NCBI GenBank assembly: GCA_964430735.1
Contig: CAYSFB010000002.1
Span: 94,027 to 158,026, forward strand
DNA from: an uncultured Planctomycetia bacterium
Lineage (GTDB): Bacteria; Omnitrophota; Gorgyraeia; 2-02-FULL-51-18; JAGOUK01
DNA: 64,000 nucleotides
Direction of reading: 5' to 3'
Shown here: positions 19,888 through 29,812 of the stretch, one piece after another
Numbering within the stretch: position 1 is the stretch's first letter
Layout: each line of letters starts with the position of its first letter
Translations under genes and position numbers: made by a program
Notes under the pieces: model-generated
Databases searched by the model: none
Told to the model about the DNA's origin: nothing
What the model saw: only the letters and a program-made list of their open reading frames with translations

Positions 19888-22800
19888 TTAATCGACGAAC
19901 ATCTGATAGAGGCCGGATGCCAGACTCGAAACAGCCCGGCCGGCGTTCGCTTTGCCCCAGCCGAAATAGGCATCCCAACCCGAGTCGCCCAGGTCCGTGG
20001 AGGACGCGCGCATCGCGCCCAGGATCTGGTTCTCGTTATAGGAGCCCCCCATCATCGACAATCCGGCGAACATGCCGGTCAGCATCGGAGCCGCAAACGA
20101 GGTGCCCGTCCAGAGCTTGCCTTCACTGAAGACCTTGTAGCCGGAGGCCATGAAGTCCAACGCCGATCCATAGCCCGAGCCGGCGATGCGACGGCCCATA
20201 TAATCCGTGGCGCCGACCGAGATCACGCCGTCCAGTTCGGCCAGGACGGAAAAGTCCTTCCCCTGATTGCCTGCCGAGGCGATGATGGTCGCACCCAGGC
20301 CGCGGGCGAAGTCCACCGCGCTTTGGAGCAGGGACTTGAATTCGCGGACGGCCCGGTCGGCGTCGTAACCGAGCGCCGCGCCCCATCCGATGATGCCGTC
20401 GCGCATGAATTCCAGGGACAGGTTGATGACTCGGAAGCCGGACGTCGCAGCCATCTTGATAGCGTCGATCACCCGGATATGGTCCGGCGCGGTAAAAACA
20501 CTGACTTGAGAGTTCTGGCCGGTGATGCGGCGGAGAATGCCGGCCACGGCCATGGCGTGGTCCGAATCGGCGGATCCGGTCTCGATCACAGCCACCCGCG
20601 CCCCTCCGGTTCCCGCGGCGGACCAATCCGATCCGAAGCCCATGTCTTCCTTCCAGCATTCGTCGAGGAAGCAGTCCAGCGTGCGCGCATTCTCCGTCAC
20701 CATGCGGCGGACCTGTTCTCCCTTGGAATTGTAGATAAGCGTGCGCAAGTGCTTGCCGTTCTTGTCAAAAAACGTCTCCGTGTTCAGGGCGGAGGCCGCG
20801 AGCGCCGGGTCGTCCTTGTAAGTGGCGACGATATAGGATTCGTCCGAAAAAACGGTCTTGATGCGGCGGGATTTGGAATCATACTCGTACGCGACCGCGC
20901 CCTCCGCATCGGCCTTGGAGAACCGCTCCCCGATAAGCTGCTTGGAATCGGAGAAAAGCTGGTACGACCCGTCGGGATGCCGGACCGATTTGAGCGTGGT
21001 TCCGTCCGCGTGATAGGTGTATTCGTGCGCGCCGGCGGCGTCGTAGACGGTCTTCGAGAGAAGCTTGCCGGACGCCGTACGCGTCTCGACCTGTTTCAGA
21101 ATCCGGGTCAGCCCATCGTAGCCGTAATCCTGCGTCTGGCCATCGGCGATCTGAGTTCTGCGGACGAGGCGTCCGACGCGGTTTTGCACGTCGGCGGTGT
21201 CGTAAGCCAGGATCGCGTGGTCATTCTGCTCGAGAGTGACGTTGCCCGCCCGGTCGAGCAGCCGGAAGCTCTTGTCCGAACGCTCTTCGCGGTAGACCCA
21301 GCCTTCGGAGTTGTAGAGACGATTGGTGCCATCGGCCAGCTTTTCCATGACGGGTCTGCCCTGGGCATCGTTGAGAAGCACGCGACCATCGGGGTATGCG
21401 ACACGCAGCGCCGTTCCGGACGGGGCGTACTCGGTCAGAATTCCGGCCGCGTTGTCGAAAAAGCTCCGGAGCTTGCCGTCCGCGTCAAGAGCCCGGACGT
21501 CTCCGGCGCGGTTCATGCCTGCGGCGTTGAAGCCGTCCCGCGCGTATCCGGACGCGTCCAAGCCGGTGGTCCGGTGAAAACCGTCTCGGCCGTAGCCCTG
21601 GCGGTTGAACCCGGTCGCCGCGTGGTAACCGTCGCGGCCGTAGCCTTCGGGATCGAGGCCGGTGGAGGGATCGAAGCCGTCCTTGGCGAAGCCCTTGCGG
21701 TCGAGGCCGGTGACGGAATGAAACCCGTCTGCCGCATAACCTTCGCGGTCGATTCCGCTCGGGTTAAAACCGTCGCGGCCGTAACCCTCGCGGTCGAGGC
21801 CGGTGGTCTTATGGAAGCCGTCCCGGCCGAAGAGCGCCCGGTCGTAACCGTCACGGTCGAACCCGTCGCGGCCGTAACCCTGACGGTTGAACCCGCTGGT
21901 TCCGTGATAACCGTCGCGGCCGTAACCCTCGCGGTCGAGGCCTGAAGTCTTGTGGAAGCCGTCGCGGCCGAAGCCGTCCTGGTCGTACCCGTCCTTGTCC
22001 ATACTCCGGACGACCTTGCCCTGCGCGTCCATTTCCTTCCATCCTCCGTCGGCGTATTCCTCGCGGACGAGGATGCCGTCAAGATAACGGCGGACGGTGC
22101 CGTTTCCGGCGGAGTAAAACACGGAGGTCTTCCCGGCGGAGTCGAACAGGCGGTAATCGCCGTTGGCGAATTCCTCCCGGGCGGGCTTGCCGCCGGAATG
22201 GATCAGGATCCGGCCGTCGCCGAACAGGATTTTTTGGACCGCTCCGTCCGCCGGATCGTATTCAGTCCGGTTGCCGGTGGCGGACTCAAAGGCATAAACC
22301 TTCACACCTGTATTCGAAAAGACCGCATAGTCCCCGTTCGGCTCATCTTGACGGACAAGAACACCGTCCATTCCGTATGTCTTGGTCACTCCGCGGAGAT
22401 CCGTAACCGATTTGATCCGGTCCGTCCCGGGATGATAAGCCGTGGTGGTCTTGGCCGCAGCGTCATAAAACTCGGTGACCCGGCCGTCCGCTCCGAACTT
22501 CTTCACATCCCCGTTGACGAATGTCGTCTGAATAAGCCGGCCCGAAGCGTCGTATTCGCTCTTGTCCTTGGGACGCAGGTTGTCCGAAAGGTTCGTGAAG
22601 CTCTTCCAGACATCGGGGTTGGCGGCTTGGTGCAGGGCCAGCGCCTTTTCGTACCCGGCCGTCCGCGTCACGGTCCGGATCCCGTTGGTGACGGTCGTCG
22701 ATTCACTGCCGTTCGCCTGAGAACCCATGTTGATGTACACCGAACTCGACGACGATTCGGAGACGGACAGGTCCATATGCGAAAGGACGCGGTTCGTCGT

Positions 22801-24444
22801 GTCGATGAGCCGGATGTAGCCGCCGTCAGTCGTGCGCTCCTGGGTAAGCTGATTCTGTGACGTAGTCGTGGACAGAACCCCTGACCGGAATTCATCCACC
22901 GAGTAACTGTAGACCGTATTGGTCCGCAGAGTTTTTCCACCAAAAACCTCGTATTCGCTGCCCTGCGTCTGCTGACTCCGGAAGTACATATTTCCCATCC
23001 ACTCCTCTCCGCGGGTGTCGACTGTCGCCGTAACGACCTCGGTGCCGATTTTCTTCATCCCGTACACGGTGGTGTAGAAGCGCTTGCGGCCCGTCGAATA
23101 GTACAACTCTCCGTACACCGAGGCGAGATAGGCCTTGCCATCGATCCTGGTGTAATCGAAGGTATACCGCTCGTCGACGATCTGGCCGGAATAGCTGAAC
23201 AGCATGTTGGGGTTGTAGTCCGTCCGGGAGGAGAGCAGGAGATCGTTTCCAAATACCTTAAATTCCCGTGCGCTTCTCCGAACCTGGGTCACTGCCCCCG
23301 CCGCGTTCGTGACCTTGGCATCCATTCCGGTCAGCCGGACGACACGGACGCCGTTCAGATCATAAGTCTGATGCTTAAAATCGCGGCGTGTGACGAGACC
23401 GTCCTTCTTATAAGTCATCTCCGTACGCACCACGAGTCCGTTGCGGTCCAGATAAACTCCCATTTCCCAGGGATGCGTCGTGTAGGTGGTGGAGGTGGTA
23501 TACGACTTGGTGTTGCCCTTGAAATAGAACTCCGAGACTCCCGACGGCCCGCGTCCGTTCAGATCTTCCGCGAGCCGCATCCGGATAGTTCCGTTGCTGT
23601 AACGTGTATCGGGAAGGGTGATCGTAAGCGCGCCGGTCACGGCGTCCCACGTGGCGCCGGAGCAAAGGGCATTCGCGCACCGGGCGGTGCCGTCGGGCAA
23701 AATGTCGATGCTCCAGTCTCCGACCAGTTGCTGATCGTTGATCGGGCCCAAATCCGAAAGCAGCGAAAGCCCGCCGCTGAGCGCTTCCCCGCTCCCCACG
23801 TTATATTTGTAATCATTCAATCCGCGTTCGCCGTTCGATATTTCAAAACGGGAGAGCTTCCGGAGACCCCCGTCGATACGGTACGTGAACTTGTACGAAG
23901 TGCCCGACGCGAGGCCTCGAACACCGACGGCAACATAGTCGACACCGGCCGTCTTGGTATAGGTGTAGGTAAAAATGTGAGTCAGAACCTTGTCGGAATT
24001 GTACCGCTCCACTTTTTTGGGCTGGTCCGTATTGCCTTCGTAAGAGAGAATTTTTTCTTCACTGCCGTCCGCATAGAGCACGCGCGAGATCCGGTTCAGC
24101 GCATCATCGGCGTATTCCGTGACGGTTCCGGTTTTGGCATCCCGGCTGCGCAGGAGGCGACCGCTCGGGTACCGCGTGATGTCGGACTCGGTAGCCTGTT
24201 GGACCTCAACTTCGTCCCATTCCCCCGTCTGGCCCAAAATGGCGTCAGGAGTTTTGGCGGTACCCTGCGGGGCTTGGTTCGACGAACCGCCCGGGACGAG
24301 GTCTGAAGCCAGGGCAAAGGAAGCTTCACCGGCGAGGATCTGGCCCAAGAAGGCCAAAAGAACCGCCAAACTCAGAACGCGTATCCGATGGAGTTTATAT
24401 CGGTAACTGACTTTCATAGGCAGAGTATGCCCAAAATTTATCAA
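19888..24444 (-). CDS. Secreted 1518-aa protein: signal peptide, YD (RHS-type) repeats, a 10 x 16-aa tandem repeat block, more YD repeats, and a C-terminal subtilase-like (S8-like) domain
   Basis: The N-terminus MKVSYRYKLHRIRVLSLAVLLAFLGQILAGEASFALA is a Sec signal, so the true start may be the internal ATG at 24417 rather than 24444. YD motifs are scattered through the protein (SEYDASGRLIQTTF, TEYDPADGAVQKILFGDGRIL, YEYDSKSRRIKTVF, YDTADVQNRVGRLV). The C-terminus contains ARVAVIETGSADSDHAMAVAGI, SAGNQG and GTSFAAPMLTGMFAGL, which are the subtilase Asp/His/Asn/Ser motif analogues. The Asp position is occupied by Glu, and the D-to-H spacing is unusually short. Confidence 0.8.
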   Translation of the reverse strand: MINFGHTLPMKVSYRYKLHRIRVLSLAVLLAFLGQILAGEASFALASDLVPGGSSNQAPQGTAKTPDAILGQTGEWDEVEVQQATESDITRYPSGRLLRSRDAKTGTVTEYADDALNRISRVLYADGSEEKILSYEGNTDQPKKVERYNSDKVLTHIFTYTYTKTAGVDYVAVGVRGLASGTSYKFTYRIDGGLRKLSRFEISNGERGLNDYKYNVGSGEALSGGLSLLSDLGPINDQQLVGDWSIDILPDGTARCANALCSGATWDAVTGALTITLPDTRYSNGTIRMRLAEDLNGRGPSGVSEFYFKGNTKSYTTSTTYTTHPWEMGVYLDRNGLVVRTEMTYKKDGLVTRRDFKHQTYDLNGVRVVRLTGMDAKVTNAAGAVTQVRRSAREFKVFGNDLLLSSRTDYNPNMLFSYSGQIVDERYTFDYTRIDGKAYLASVYGELYYSTGRKRFYTTVYGMKKIGTEVVTATVDTRGEEWMGNMYFRSQQTQGSEYEVFGGKTLRTNTVYSYSVDEFRSGVLSTTTSQNQLTQERTTDGGYIRLIDTTNRVLSHMDLSVSESSSSSVYINMGSQANGSESTTVTNGIRTVTRTAGYEKALALHQAANPDVWKSFTNLSDNLRPKDKSEYDASGRLIQTTFVNGDVKKFGADGRVTEFYDAAAKTTTAYHPGTDRIKSVTDLRGVTKTYGMDGVLVRQDEPNGDYAVFSNTGVKVYAFESATGNRTEYDPADGAVQKILFGDGRILIHSGGKPAREEFANGDYRLFDSAGKTSVFYSAGNGTVRRYLDGILVREEYADGGWKEMDAQGKVVRSMDKDGYDQDGFGRDGFHKTSGLDREGYGRDGYHGTSGFNRQGYGRDGFDRDGYDRALFGRDGFHKTTGLDREGYGRDGFNPSGIDREGYAADGFHSVTGLDRKGFAKDGFDPSTGLDPEGYGRDGYHAATGFNRQGYGRDGFHRTTGLDASGYARDGFNAAGMNRAGDVRALDADGKLRSFFDNAAGILTEYAPSGTALRVAYPDGRVLLNDAQGRPVMEKLADGTNRLYNSEGWVYREERSDKSFRLLDRAGNVTLEQNDHAILAYDTADVQNRVGRLVRRTQIADGQTQDYGYDGLTRILKQVETRTASGKLLSKTVYDAAGAHEYTYHADGTTLKSVRHPDGSYQLFSDSKQLIGERFSKADAEGAVAYEYDSKSRRIKTVFSDESYIVATYKDDPALAASALNTETFFDKNGKHLRTLIYNSKGEQVRRMVTENARTLDCFLDECWKEDMGFGSDWSAAGTGGARVAVIETGSADSDHAMAVAGILRRITGQNSQVSVFTAPDHIRVIDAIKMAATSGFRVINLSLEFMRDGIIGWGAALGYDADRAVREFKSLLQSAVDFARGLGATIIASAGNQGKDFSVLAELDGVISVGATDYMGRRIAGSGYGSALDFMASGYKVFSEGKLWTGTSFAAPMLTGMFAGLSMMGGSYNENQILGAMRASSTDLGDSGWDAYFGWGKANAGRAVSSLASGLYQMFVD
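21510..21990 (-). repeat. In-frame tandem DNA repeat (~48 bp x 10) encoding the 16-aa unit DGFHxTTGLDREGYGR inside the 1518-aa protein
   Basis: Near-identical repeated units are visible in the nucleotide sequence (gtcgcggccgtaaccctcgcggtcgaggccggtg...). The translated product is DGFHKTSGLDREGYGR DGYHGTSGFNRQGYGR DGFDRDGYDRALFGR DGFHKTTGLDREGYGR ... (10 units). Confidence 0.75.
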
Positions 24445-24664
24445 AAATCAATATATGTCATAATAAAATTGACAATTGTAATCACAAATAATTTAATAGA
24501 ATAAATATATTGAATGGGTGCTGATTCAGAGCACGACAAGTGAGATGTTAAAGTCCCTTGCACCAAATTGTATGGACTGAGGGAGAGGCGGGGTTGGCCA
24601 GAACATCGAATCCGCTTTTTTCCGTTTAGCGTTATAATGCCCTTTTACCCAACAAGAGATAATC
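24445..24664. promoter_or_regulatory. AT-rich divergent promoter region between the 1518-aa protein gene (-) and the AAE transporter gene (+). The -10 TATAAT for the + gene is at 24633..24638 (leader ~26 nt, with aagaga RBS). On the other strand there is a TTGACA/TTGTCA-like hexamer with A/T-rich -10 candidates.
   Basis: This is a ~220-bp island of ~35% GC in a 64% GC background, and it contains tataat, ttgaca and taataaaattgacaattgtaat elements. The element assignment is by eye only. Confidence 0.5.
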
Positions 24665-26320
24665 ATGAATCCCTTAGCCGATCTTTTGAACCCCGCTTCT
24701 TCCGCCTGGACCGTTCTCATCCTGTCCTTGAGTATTGCTCTTGGACTTTGGGTCGGGAGCTTCCGCCTTGTCACATTCAAACTCGGTGTCGCGGGTGTCC
24801 TCTTTGCAGGTCTGCTCTTCGGCCACTTCGGCCTGACGATGAACCCCGAGATTCTCGAATTCATGCGCGAGTTCGGCCTCATCCTTTTTGTCTATACGAT
24901 CGGGGTGCAGGTGGGACCCGGATTTTTTGCCGGGTTCAAAAAAGACGGTCTCAAACTCAACGGGGCGGCCGCGGCCATCGTCCTCCTGGGAGCCGTGATC
25001 ACCGTGCTCGTGAGCCGGGTCCTGCACATTCCCTTCGAAGCCGCGGTGGGAATGCTGTCCGGCGCGACGACCAACACGCCTAGTCTCGCCGCCGCCCAGC
25101 AAGCGCTACGCGACCTGCATGGACCGGAAGCGCAGACCGCCCTGACGGGCATGGGCTACGCCGTCTGCTATCCATTCGGCATCCTCGGCATCATCGTCAC
25201 AATGCTGGTCATCAAAAAAGCATTCCGGCTGGATCCCGAGCAGGCCGCCCACGACTACGCCAAACTAGACCGCGCGTCGATCGCCAAAGTCGAAGTCATG
25301 GATCTTCGGATCGAAAACCCCAACCTCGCCGGCATCCGCGTCAAAGACATCCCCTCGACGAAGGGTCTCGTGCTCTCGCGGATCGTACACGACGGCCACC
25401 TGCACGCGGCGCTGCCCGACATGCAGGTCCAGATCGGCGACTTGTTGCGCGCGGTCGGTCCTCATGAGAGCCTGGAAGCGCTTCGGCTCGTGGTCGGCAG
25501 CGCGGCAAAGATCGAACATCGCGAAATCAAGGGACGGCTGATCACCAGCCGCGTGATCGTAACCAAGCGGGAGATGTTCGGCAAGACGATCAAGGAGCTC
25601 AACGCTTATCATTTCGGCGTCACGATCACCCGGGTGATCCGCACAGAGCTGGAATTTGCGGCGACGCCGGAAACACAACTGCAGCTGGCCGACACGCTCC
25701 TGGTCGTCGGGTCCGAGGAAGCGGTCGCCAAATTCGCCAGTCAGGTCGGCAACTCCGTGAAGGATCTGTCCCATCCCGAACTCATCCCCGTTTTCATCGG
25801 GATCACGCTCGGCGTCGTGCTGGGATCCTGGCCGTTCCAGATCCCGGGCATTCCGGCTCCGGTCAAACTGGGGTTGGCGGGAGGTCCGCTTATCATCGCG
25901 ATCCTGCTCAGCCGGATCGGACGTGTCGGATCATTGGTGTGGTACATGCCCCCGAGCGCGAACTACATGTTGAGAGAAGTGGGAATCGCGATATTCCTGG
26001 CGTGCGTGGGATTGAAGTCGGGCGGAAAATTCGTCGAGATCTTCTTGAGCGGCCAAGGCGCGCTCTGGTTCCTGGGCGGGGCGCTGATCACCCTGATCCC
26101 CCTGCTGGTCGTCGGGATCTTCCTGCGGATCAGGCAAAAGACCAATTATCTGACGCTGTGCGGACTCCTCGCCGGAAGCATGACCGACCCGCCGGCGCTC
26201 GCCTTCGCGAACCAAATCACCTCGTCCAACGCCCCGGTCGTCGCCTACGCGGCCGTGTACCCGCTCGTCATGGTCCTGCGCATCGTCGTCGCGCAGGTTC
26301 TCGTTATCTTTTTTTCCTAA
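24665..26320 (+). CDS. AAE-family (YidE/YbjL-type, putative aspartate:alanine exchanger-like) transporter with two RCK_C/TrkA_C domains
   Basis: 551 aa. The N-terminal membrane half begins MNPLADLLNPASSAWTVLILSLSIALGLWVGSFRL...GVAGVLFAGLLFGHFGL. The central soluble region has two RCK_C-like segments. The second membrane half follows the duplicated YidE architecture. Confidence 0.8.
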   Translation: MNPLADLLNPASSAWTVLILSLSIALGLWVGSFRLVTFKLGVAGVLFAGLLFGHFGLTMNPEILEFMREFGLILFVYTIGVQVGPGFFAGFKKDGLKLNGAAAAIVLLGAVITVLVSRVLHIPFEAAVGMLSGATTNTPSLAAAQQALRDLHGPEAQTALTGMGYAVCYPFGILGIIVTMLVIKKAFRLDPEQAAHDYAKLDRASIAKVEVMDLRIENPNLAGIRVKDIPSTKGLVLSRIVHDGHLHAALPDMQVQIGDLLRAVGPHESLEALRLVVGSAAKIEHREIKGRLITSRVIVTKREMFGKTIKELNAYHFGVTITRVIRTELEFAATPETQLQLADTLLVVGSEEAVAKFASQVGNSVKDLSHPELIPVFIGITLGVVLGSWPFQIPGIPAPVKLGLAGGPLIIAILLSRIGRVGSLVWYMPPSANYMLREVGIAIFLACVGLKSGGKFVEIFLSGQGALWFLGGALITLIPLLVVGIFLRIRQKTNYLTLCGLLAGSMTDPPALAFANQITSSNAPVVAYAAVYPLVMVLRIVVAQVLVIFFS

Positions 26321-26332
26321 ACGCCGCCGGAA

Positions 26333-29300
26333 TCAGCGGGTCTGCCCCGCACGAAACAGGAACGGGTCCGTGCCGATGGTGCCGACGAGGCTTTCGCGGT
26401 AAGCGGCGGTCTTCGCATGCGCGAGTTTTTTCTGCGCGTCCGCCAATTTCTGACGAACCGCCTCCTTCTCGCCTTCCGACACCCGGGCCGTCGGCCCTGA
26501 GAGCTCCGTCAGATAATCGACATGGGATTGGTACAGCAGCAGGTCATTGCGCTGCTTCATGTCGAGCCGCTCACGATACCAGGCGCTTCGGACCACTTCG
26601 TCCCGCTCGAACATCCGGCGGATGTCCGGATGCATGACGGGCTTCGACTCGTAATGTCCGTGCGCCATGATATGCAGCAGCGCCTTCAGCGGCGGACAGG
26701 CCGCTTCGATACTGCCGTCGTTGAAGTAGTGCTCGGCGACGCGCCGATAGGTGACGAGGATGTTTTCGATCCCCTCCACGAACGCGTCCGCGTCCTGAAG
26801 CTCGGGCTTCAGCATCTCGCGGGTAAAAACGATGTTCGGATTGTTGAACACGCGGCCTAGGAACGCGTTGACGAAACGCTGCGTGATCCGATATCCCAGA
26901 ATGCTGGCCTGGACCCGCTTGCCCTTGTGGTCAAAGTCCTCCACCCGTTCCAAAAATCCGTTTCGGATCAGATAAACGGCCTCTTGCTCTTCCGCGCGCA
27001 TCCGGCACCAAATCTCGGGAACGAGCAGGGAGATGTCGTGGTCCACCCGGTAATTCGGACCGATGTAGCTCGCCGCCGAAGAAAATCCGTCGTACCCGGT
27101 GAGAACGAACGACAGAAACGCGTTGTTGAGGTCCACGATCGGAGGCAGCGCATTGAAGGGGCCTTTTGTGAGCGCGCCTTCGGAACCGAAGCCGGTGGTC
27201 GAAGGCGACTTTCCGGTCAGCGAAGAAATGAAGTCCATGAACAGTTCCGGCAATTCCTGAAAATGAACCGGATTGTACACGGCCAGCGCCGGCACGCCCG
27301 CCTTGCGGTCAGGCGGATTGTTCCGGCGGCCGGGCAGAACCGCGTTCACGGGCTGATGCACCGGCTTGTCGACCGGAACCAGGCGGCGCAGCCGTGCGGC
27401 GAGTTCGGCAATGTAGACGGAGCGCGGGTTCACATGGTCGGGGCGCTTCTGCAGGTAGCGCGGGTTCTTGGTCGGCTTGCCGTCGACGATCCGGGAATGC
27501 GCCGACGAGACCACGAACTGGTCCGGCCCGGCGTTGGCCGCGAAGTCGCGGAGCAGCTTCTTCATCGGATCCGTGAACTGATCAAACTTCACGACGTCCT
27601 GAACGATGTCGCGGACCGGCTCGAGCCCGAGCGGTTCGAAGTTGGAAATAAAAGTCCCCGGCGTCGCAAGGTCCGTCTCGGCCTGCTTGTCGAATCCCCG
27701 GTAAACGGCGTCGTCCGGACGCTGGAACAGATAGTTCTCGCAGTTGCGGATCATCTTCAGACTGGGGTTCGAAAAGTCAGGGTTCAAATGCTGCATCGCC
27801 GCGCGCGGAACCGTGACGGAGGCCGTGATGTCGTCGGCGGCCTGGATCTTGTTGGCAGCCGAATAGTCCGTCCGAACGCGGAAGATGCGCCAAGATCCGT
27901 CCTTTTCGCGTCCGACACGCAGATAGTTGGCGACCAGCTTGCGGTTTTTAAATTTGAGCTCGTGCCCCGGATGGCCGTTCACGAGGTCGACCGAAAAACG
28001 GCTGCGCCAATCCCCGCCCCAATCGGCGCGGTAGAACCGCTTCACGCAGAACAGAATCTCCTTGATGTAATCCGGGATCGACTGGAGCCACGCGTTGTAC
28101 TCGTCCGTGTGCTCTTCCGAAACGGTGAACAGCTTGATCACCGAGCCGAGAGAACGTTCGTTCGACAGCACCGGCCGGCTCGGGCGTCCGGGAGGGGGCG
28201 CGCTGCCGGGCCTGAACCGGCCCGAGTAATCGCGCTTCAGAAGCTCTTCGACCGCGTCCATGTCCTTGTTGAAATCGGCGACAAAAACGGGTCCCTGGAT
28301 CATCGCGTCGACGATCGACTTGGAGATCTCGGACTTCCCGCCGCCGGACACGGTGCAGGGCTTGTGGCACAGCACGCCTTCGGGCACGGTGCCGATCAAA
28401 TGCCAGGCATAACCGCCGGTCTGGCGCTTGATCCGCACCTTGTAACCGGACGGGAGCAGGTACGTGTGGTCGGCCAGGAGCTTGATCCTGCAGGCCTTGC
28501 CCCCGCGATTCCAGCTGATCGCCTGGTCTTGAAGGTTGAAGCGCGCGTCTTCCGGGACGAGGATGACATCGCGATGCGTCCGGTCGACCGCGTGCCCTTC
28601 CGGCATCACATCGACGTTCTTGCCGTAGATCTTGAGCGCGTCGGCCATCGTATTGCGGCTGCGCGACATATGCGGTTCAAGGACAAATTCTTCGCCGAGG
28701 TCGTAGGTCGCGTATGCCAGCGCGCCGCCGGAATGCTCCTCTTCGCACAGACCGTAGAGGTTCGCGGCGTAGCTGATCTGGGTCTTCACTTCCTTTTTGC
28801 AGTACCCGAAATAATTGTCGGCGATGATCGTGACGATGACGCCGCGCGCGTCACGGCAGGTGATTTTAAAGGCGCCGCCGTCGTTATAGAGCTCGGACGC
28901 GTCCTTCCAGCACATGCCGTCGCGCCGCTGACGTTCGTTCGCCTGGTCGTAATGCGGGAGGCCGAGATCCTTTTTCCGGAAGGTCGTGAGATGCGGCGCG
29001 AGGATCACGCAGCCGGTGTGGCCGGACCAGTGTTCGACGTCGCGGCCGGCGTCGTGATCGGGAATATAGGGATCTCCGGCATTGCCGAAGATCGTTTCGA
29101 CGAAGTCGAGATTGGAAACGAGGTTGCCGGGGACGAAAAAGCGGATCTCCATCGATTTTTCGCTGATGAATCCCGGGACGTCGGGACAAATCACCGGTCT
29201 GAGCAGCAGCGAAACAAAAAGTTCGGCAGGCTTCGCTTCGGCGGACGTGAACGGAAGCTGCAGCAGTTCTTTGGGCGGGCGGAACGCCTCGATCAGAAGC

Positions 29301-29812
29301 CGCCCGAAGACCGATTTGGGCACCGCTTTTTTATCATCCGGGATCGGGAGGCCCCCTTCGGTGACGTGGAACACTCCCTGCGTCGTCCGGCGATCGTTGC
29401 GCGGGTTGTGGAGAACTCCCTGCCAGATGCGGTACGAATCGATGATCGCCGAATGAAATTCGTCGCTCGCGCTCGGCAGCGACATCAGACGCGCCATTCC
29501 GGGACGATCGAGGATGAAGGGATTGAGCGGCAGACGGGTGGAGGCACGGGGCAGCCCTTCGACGCCGGACAAAACGTCGTCCAGATAATCCTGAATGCGC
29601 TGGTCCGCGGGACTCAGCGCGTGATCGGCGAAGCGGCTCCGTTCGCGATGGCTGCGGAACAGCGGGTCAGCGAGCTTAAGAAGCTCAGACTCATCCGAAA
29701 CCTGCTCGATGTCAAAGCCCATGTAATTGAGCTTCAGGCGAATGTAGTCAGCCAACTGCTGGGCATGGGGATCCGCTAGGCTGGAACGCATGGAACACCT
29801 CTTATGGGTCAA
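26333..29812 (-). CDS. Large (1159 aa) conserved cytoplasmic protein. The size and composition are compatible with PPi-type phosphoenolpyruvate carboxykinase (PPi-PEPCK family); the assignment is tentative.
   Basis: The amino-acid composition is diverse and non-repetitive, and there is no signal peptide or TM segment. The length matches the ~1150-aa PPi-PEPCK family. The overlapping + strand ORF 26927..29779 (950 aa) is Arg/Val/Gly-rich antisense. A -10 TATAAT (minus strand, plus coordinates 29853..29858) and a GAGGTG RBS lie upstream. Confidence 0.75.
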   Translation of the reverse strand: MTHKRCSMRSSLADPHAQQLADYIRLKLNYMGFDIEQVSDESELLKLADPLFRSHRERSRFADHALSPADQRIQDYLDDVLSGVEGLPRASTRLPLNPFILDRPGMARLMSLPSASDEFHSAIIDSYRIWQGVLHNPRNDRRTTQGVFHVTEGGLPIPDDKKAVPKSVFGRLLIEAFRPPKELLQLPFTSAEAKPAELFVSLLLRPVICPDVPGFISEKSMEIRFFVPGNLVSNLDFVETIFGNAGDPYIPDHDAGRDVEHWSGHTGCVILAPHLTTFRKKDLGLPHYDQANERQRRDGMCWKDASELYNDGGAFKITCRDARGVIVTIIADNYFGYCKKEVKTQISYAANLYGLCEEEHSGGALAYATYDLGEEFVLEPHMSRSRNTMADALKIYGKNVDVMPEGHAVDRTHRDVILVPEDARFNLQDQAISWNRGGKACRIKLLADHTYLLPSGYKVRIKRQTGGYAWHLIGTVPEGVLCHKPCTVSGGGKSEISKSIVDAMIQGPVFVADFNKDMDAVEELLKRDYSGRFRPGSAPPPGRPSRPVLSNERSLGSVIKLFTVSEEHTDEYNAWLQSIPDYIKEILFCVKRFYRADWGGDWRSRFSVDLVNGHPGHELKFKNRKLVANYLRVGREKDGSWRIFRVRTDYSAANKIQAADDITASVTVPRAAMQHLNPDFSNPSLKMIRNCENYLFQRPDDAVYRGFDKQAETDLATPGTFISNFEPLGLEPVRDIVQDVVKFDQFTDPMKKLLRDFAANAGPDQFVVSSAHSRIVDGKPTKNPRYLQKRPDHVNPRSVYIAELAARLRRLVPVDKPVHQPVNAVLPGRRNNPPDRKAGVPALAVYNPVHFQELPELFMDFISSLTGKSPSTTGFGSEGALTKGPFNALPPIVDLNNAFLSFVLTGYDGFSSAASYIGPNYRVDHDISLLVPEIWCRMRAEEQEAVYLIRNGFLERVEDFDHKGKRVQASILGYRITQRFVNAFLGRVFNNPNIVFTREMLKPELQDADAFVEGIENILVTYRRVAEHYFNDGSIEAACPPLKALLHIMAHGHYESKPVMHPDIRRMFERDEVVRSAWYRERLDMKQRNDLLLYQSHVDYLTELSGPTARVSEGEKEAVRQKLADAQKKLAHAKTAAYRESLVGTIGTDPFLFRAGQTR

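Noticed and set aside
20323-21945. 540-aa + strand ORF
   Set aside because: It is antisense to the YD/S8 gene, including the tandem-repeat region. Its translation is repetitive because the sense strand is repetitive.
24560-24630. Possible small RNA / terminator (GCGG...CCGC followed by TTTTTT) in the AT-rich divergent region
   Set aside because: The stem is only 4 bp with a 19-nt loop, so it would be thermodynamically weak. It is more likely just part of the promoter/5' UTR of the AAE transporter gene.
26927-29779. 950-aa + strand ORF
   Set aside because: It is antisense to the 1159-aa gene. It is extremely Arg/Val/Gly/Asp-rich with no signal of a real domain, which is typical of high-GC antisense frames. 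The minus-strand product has a balanced composition plus its own promoter and RBS.
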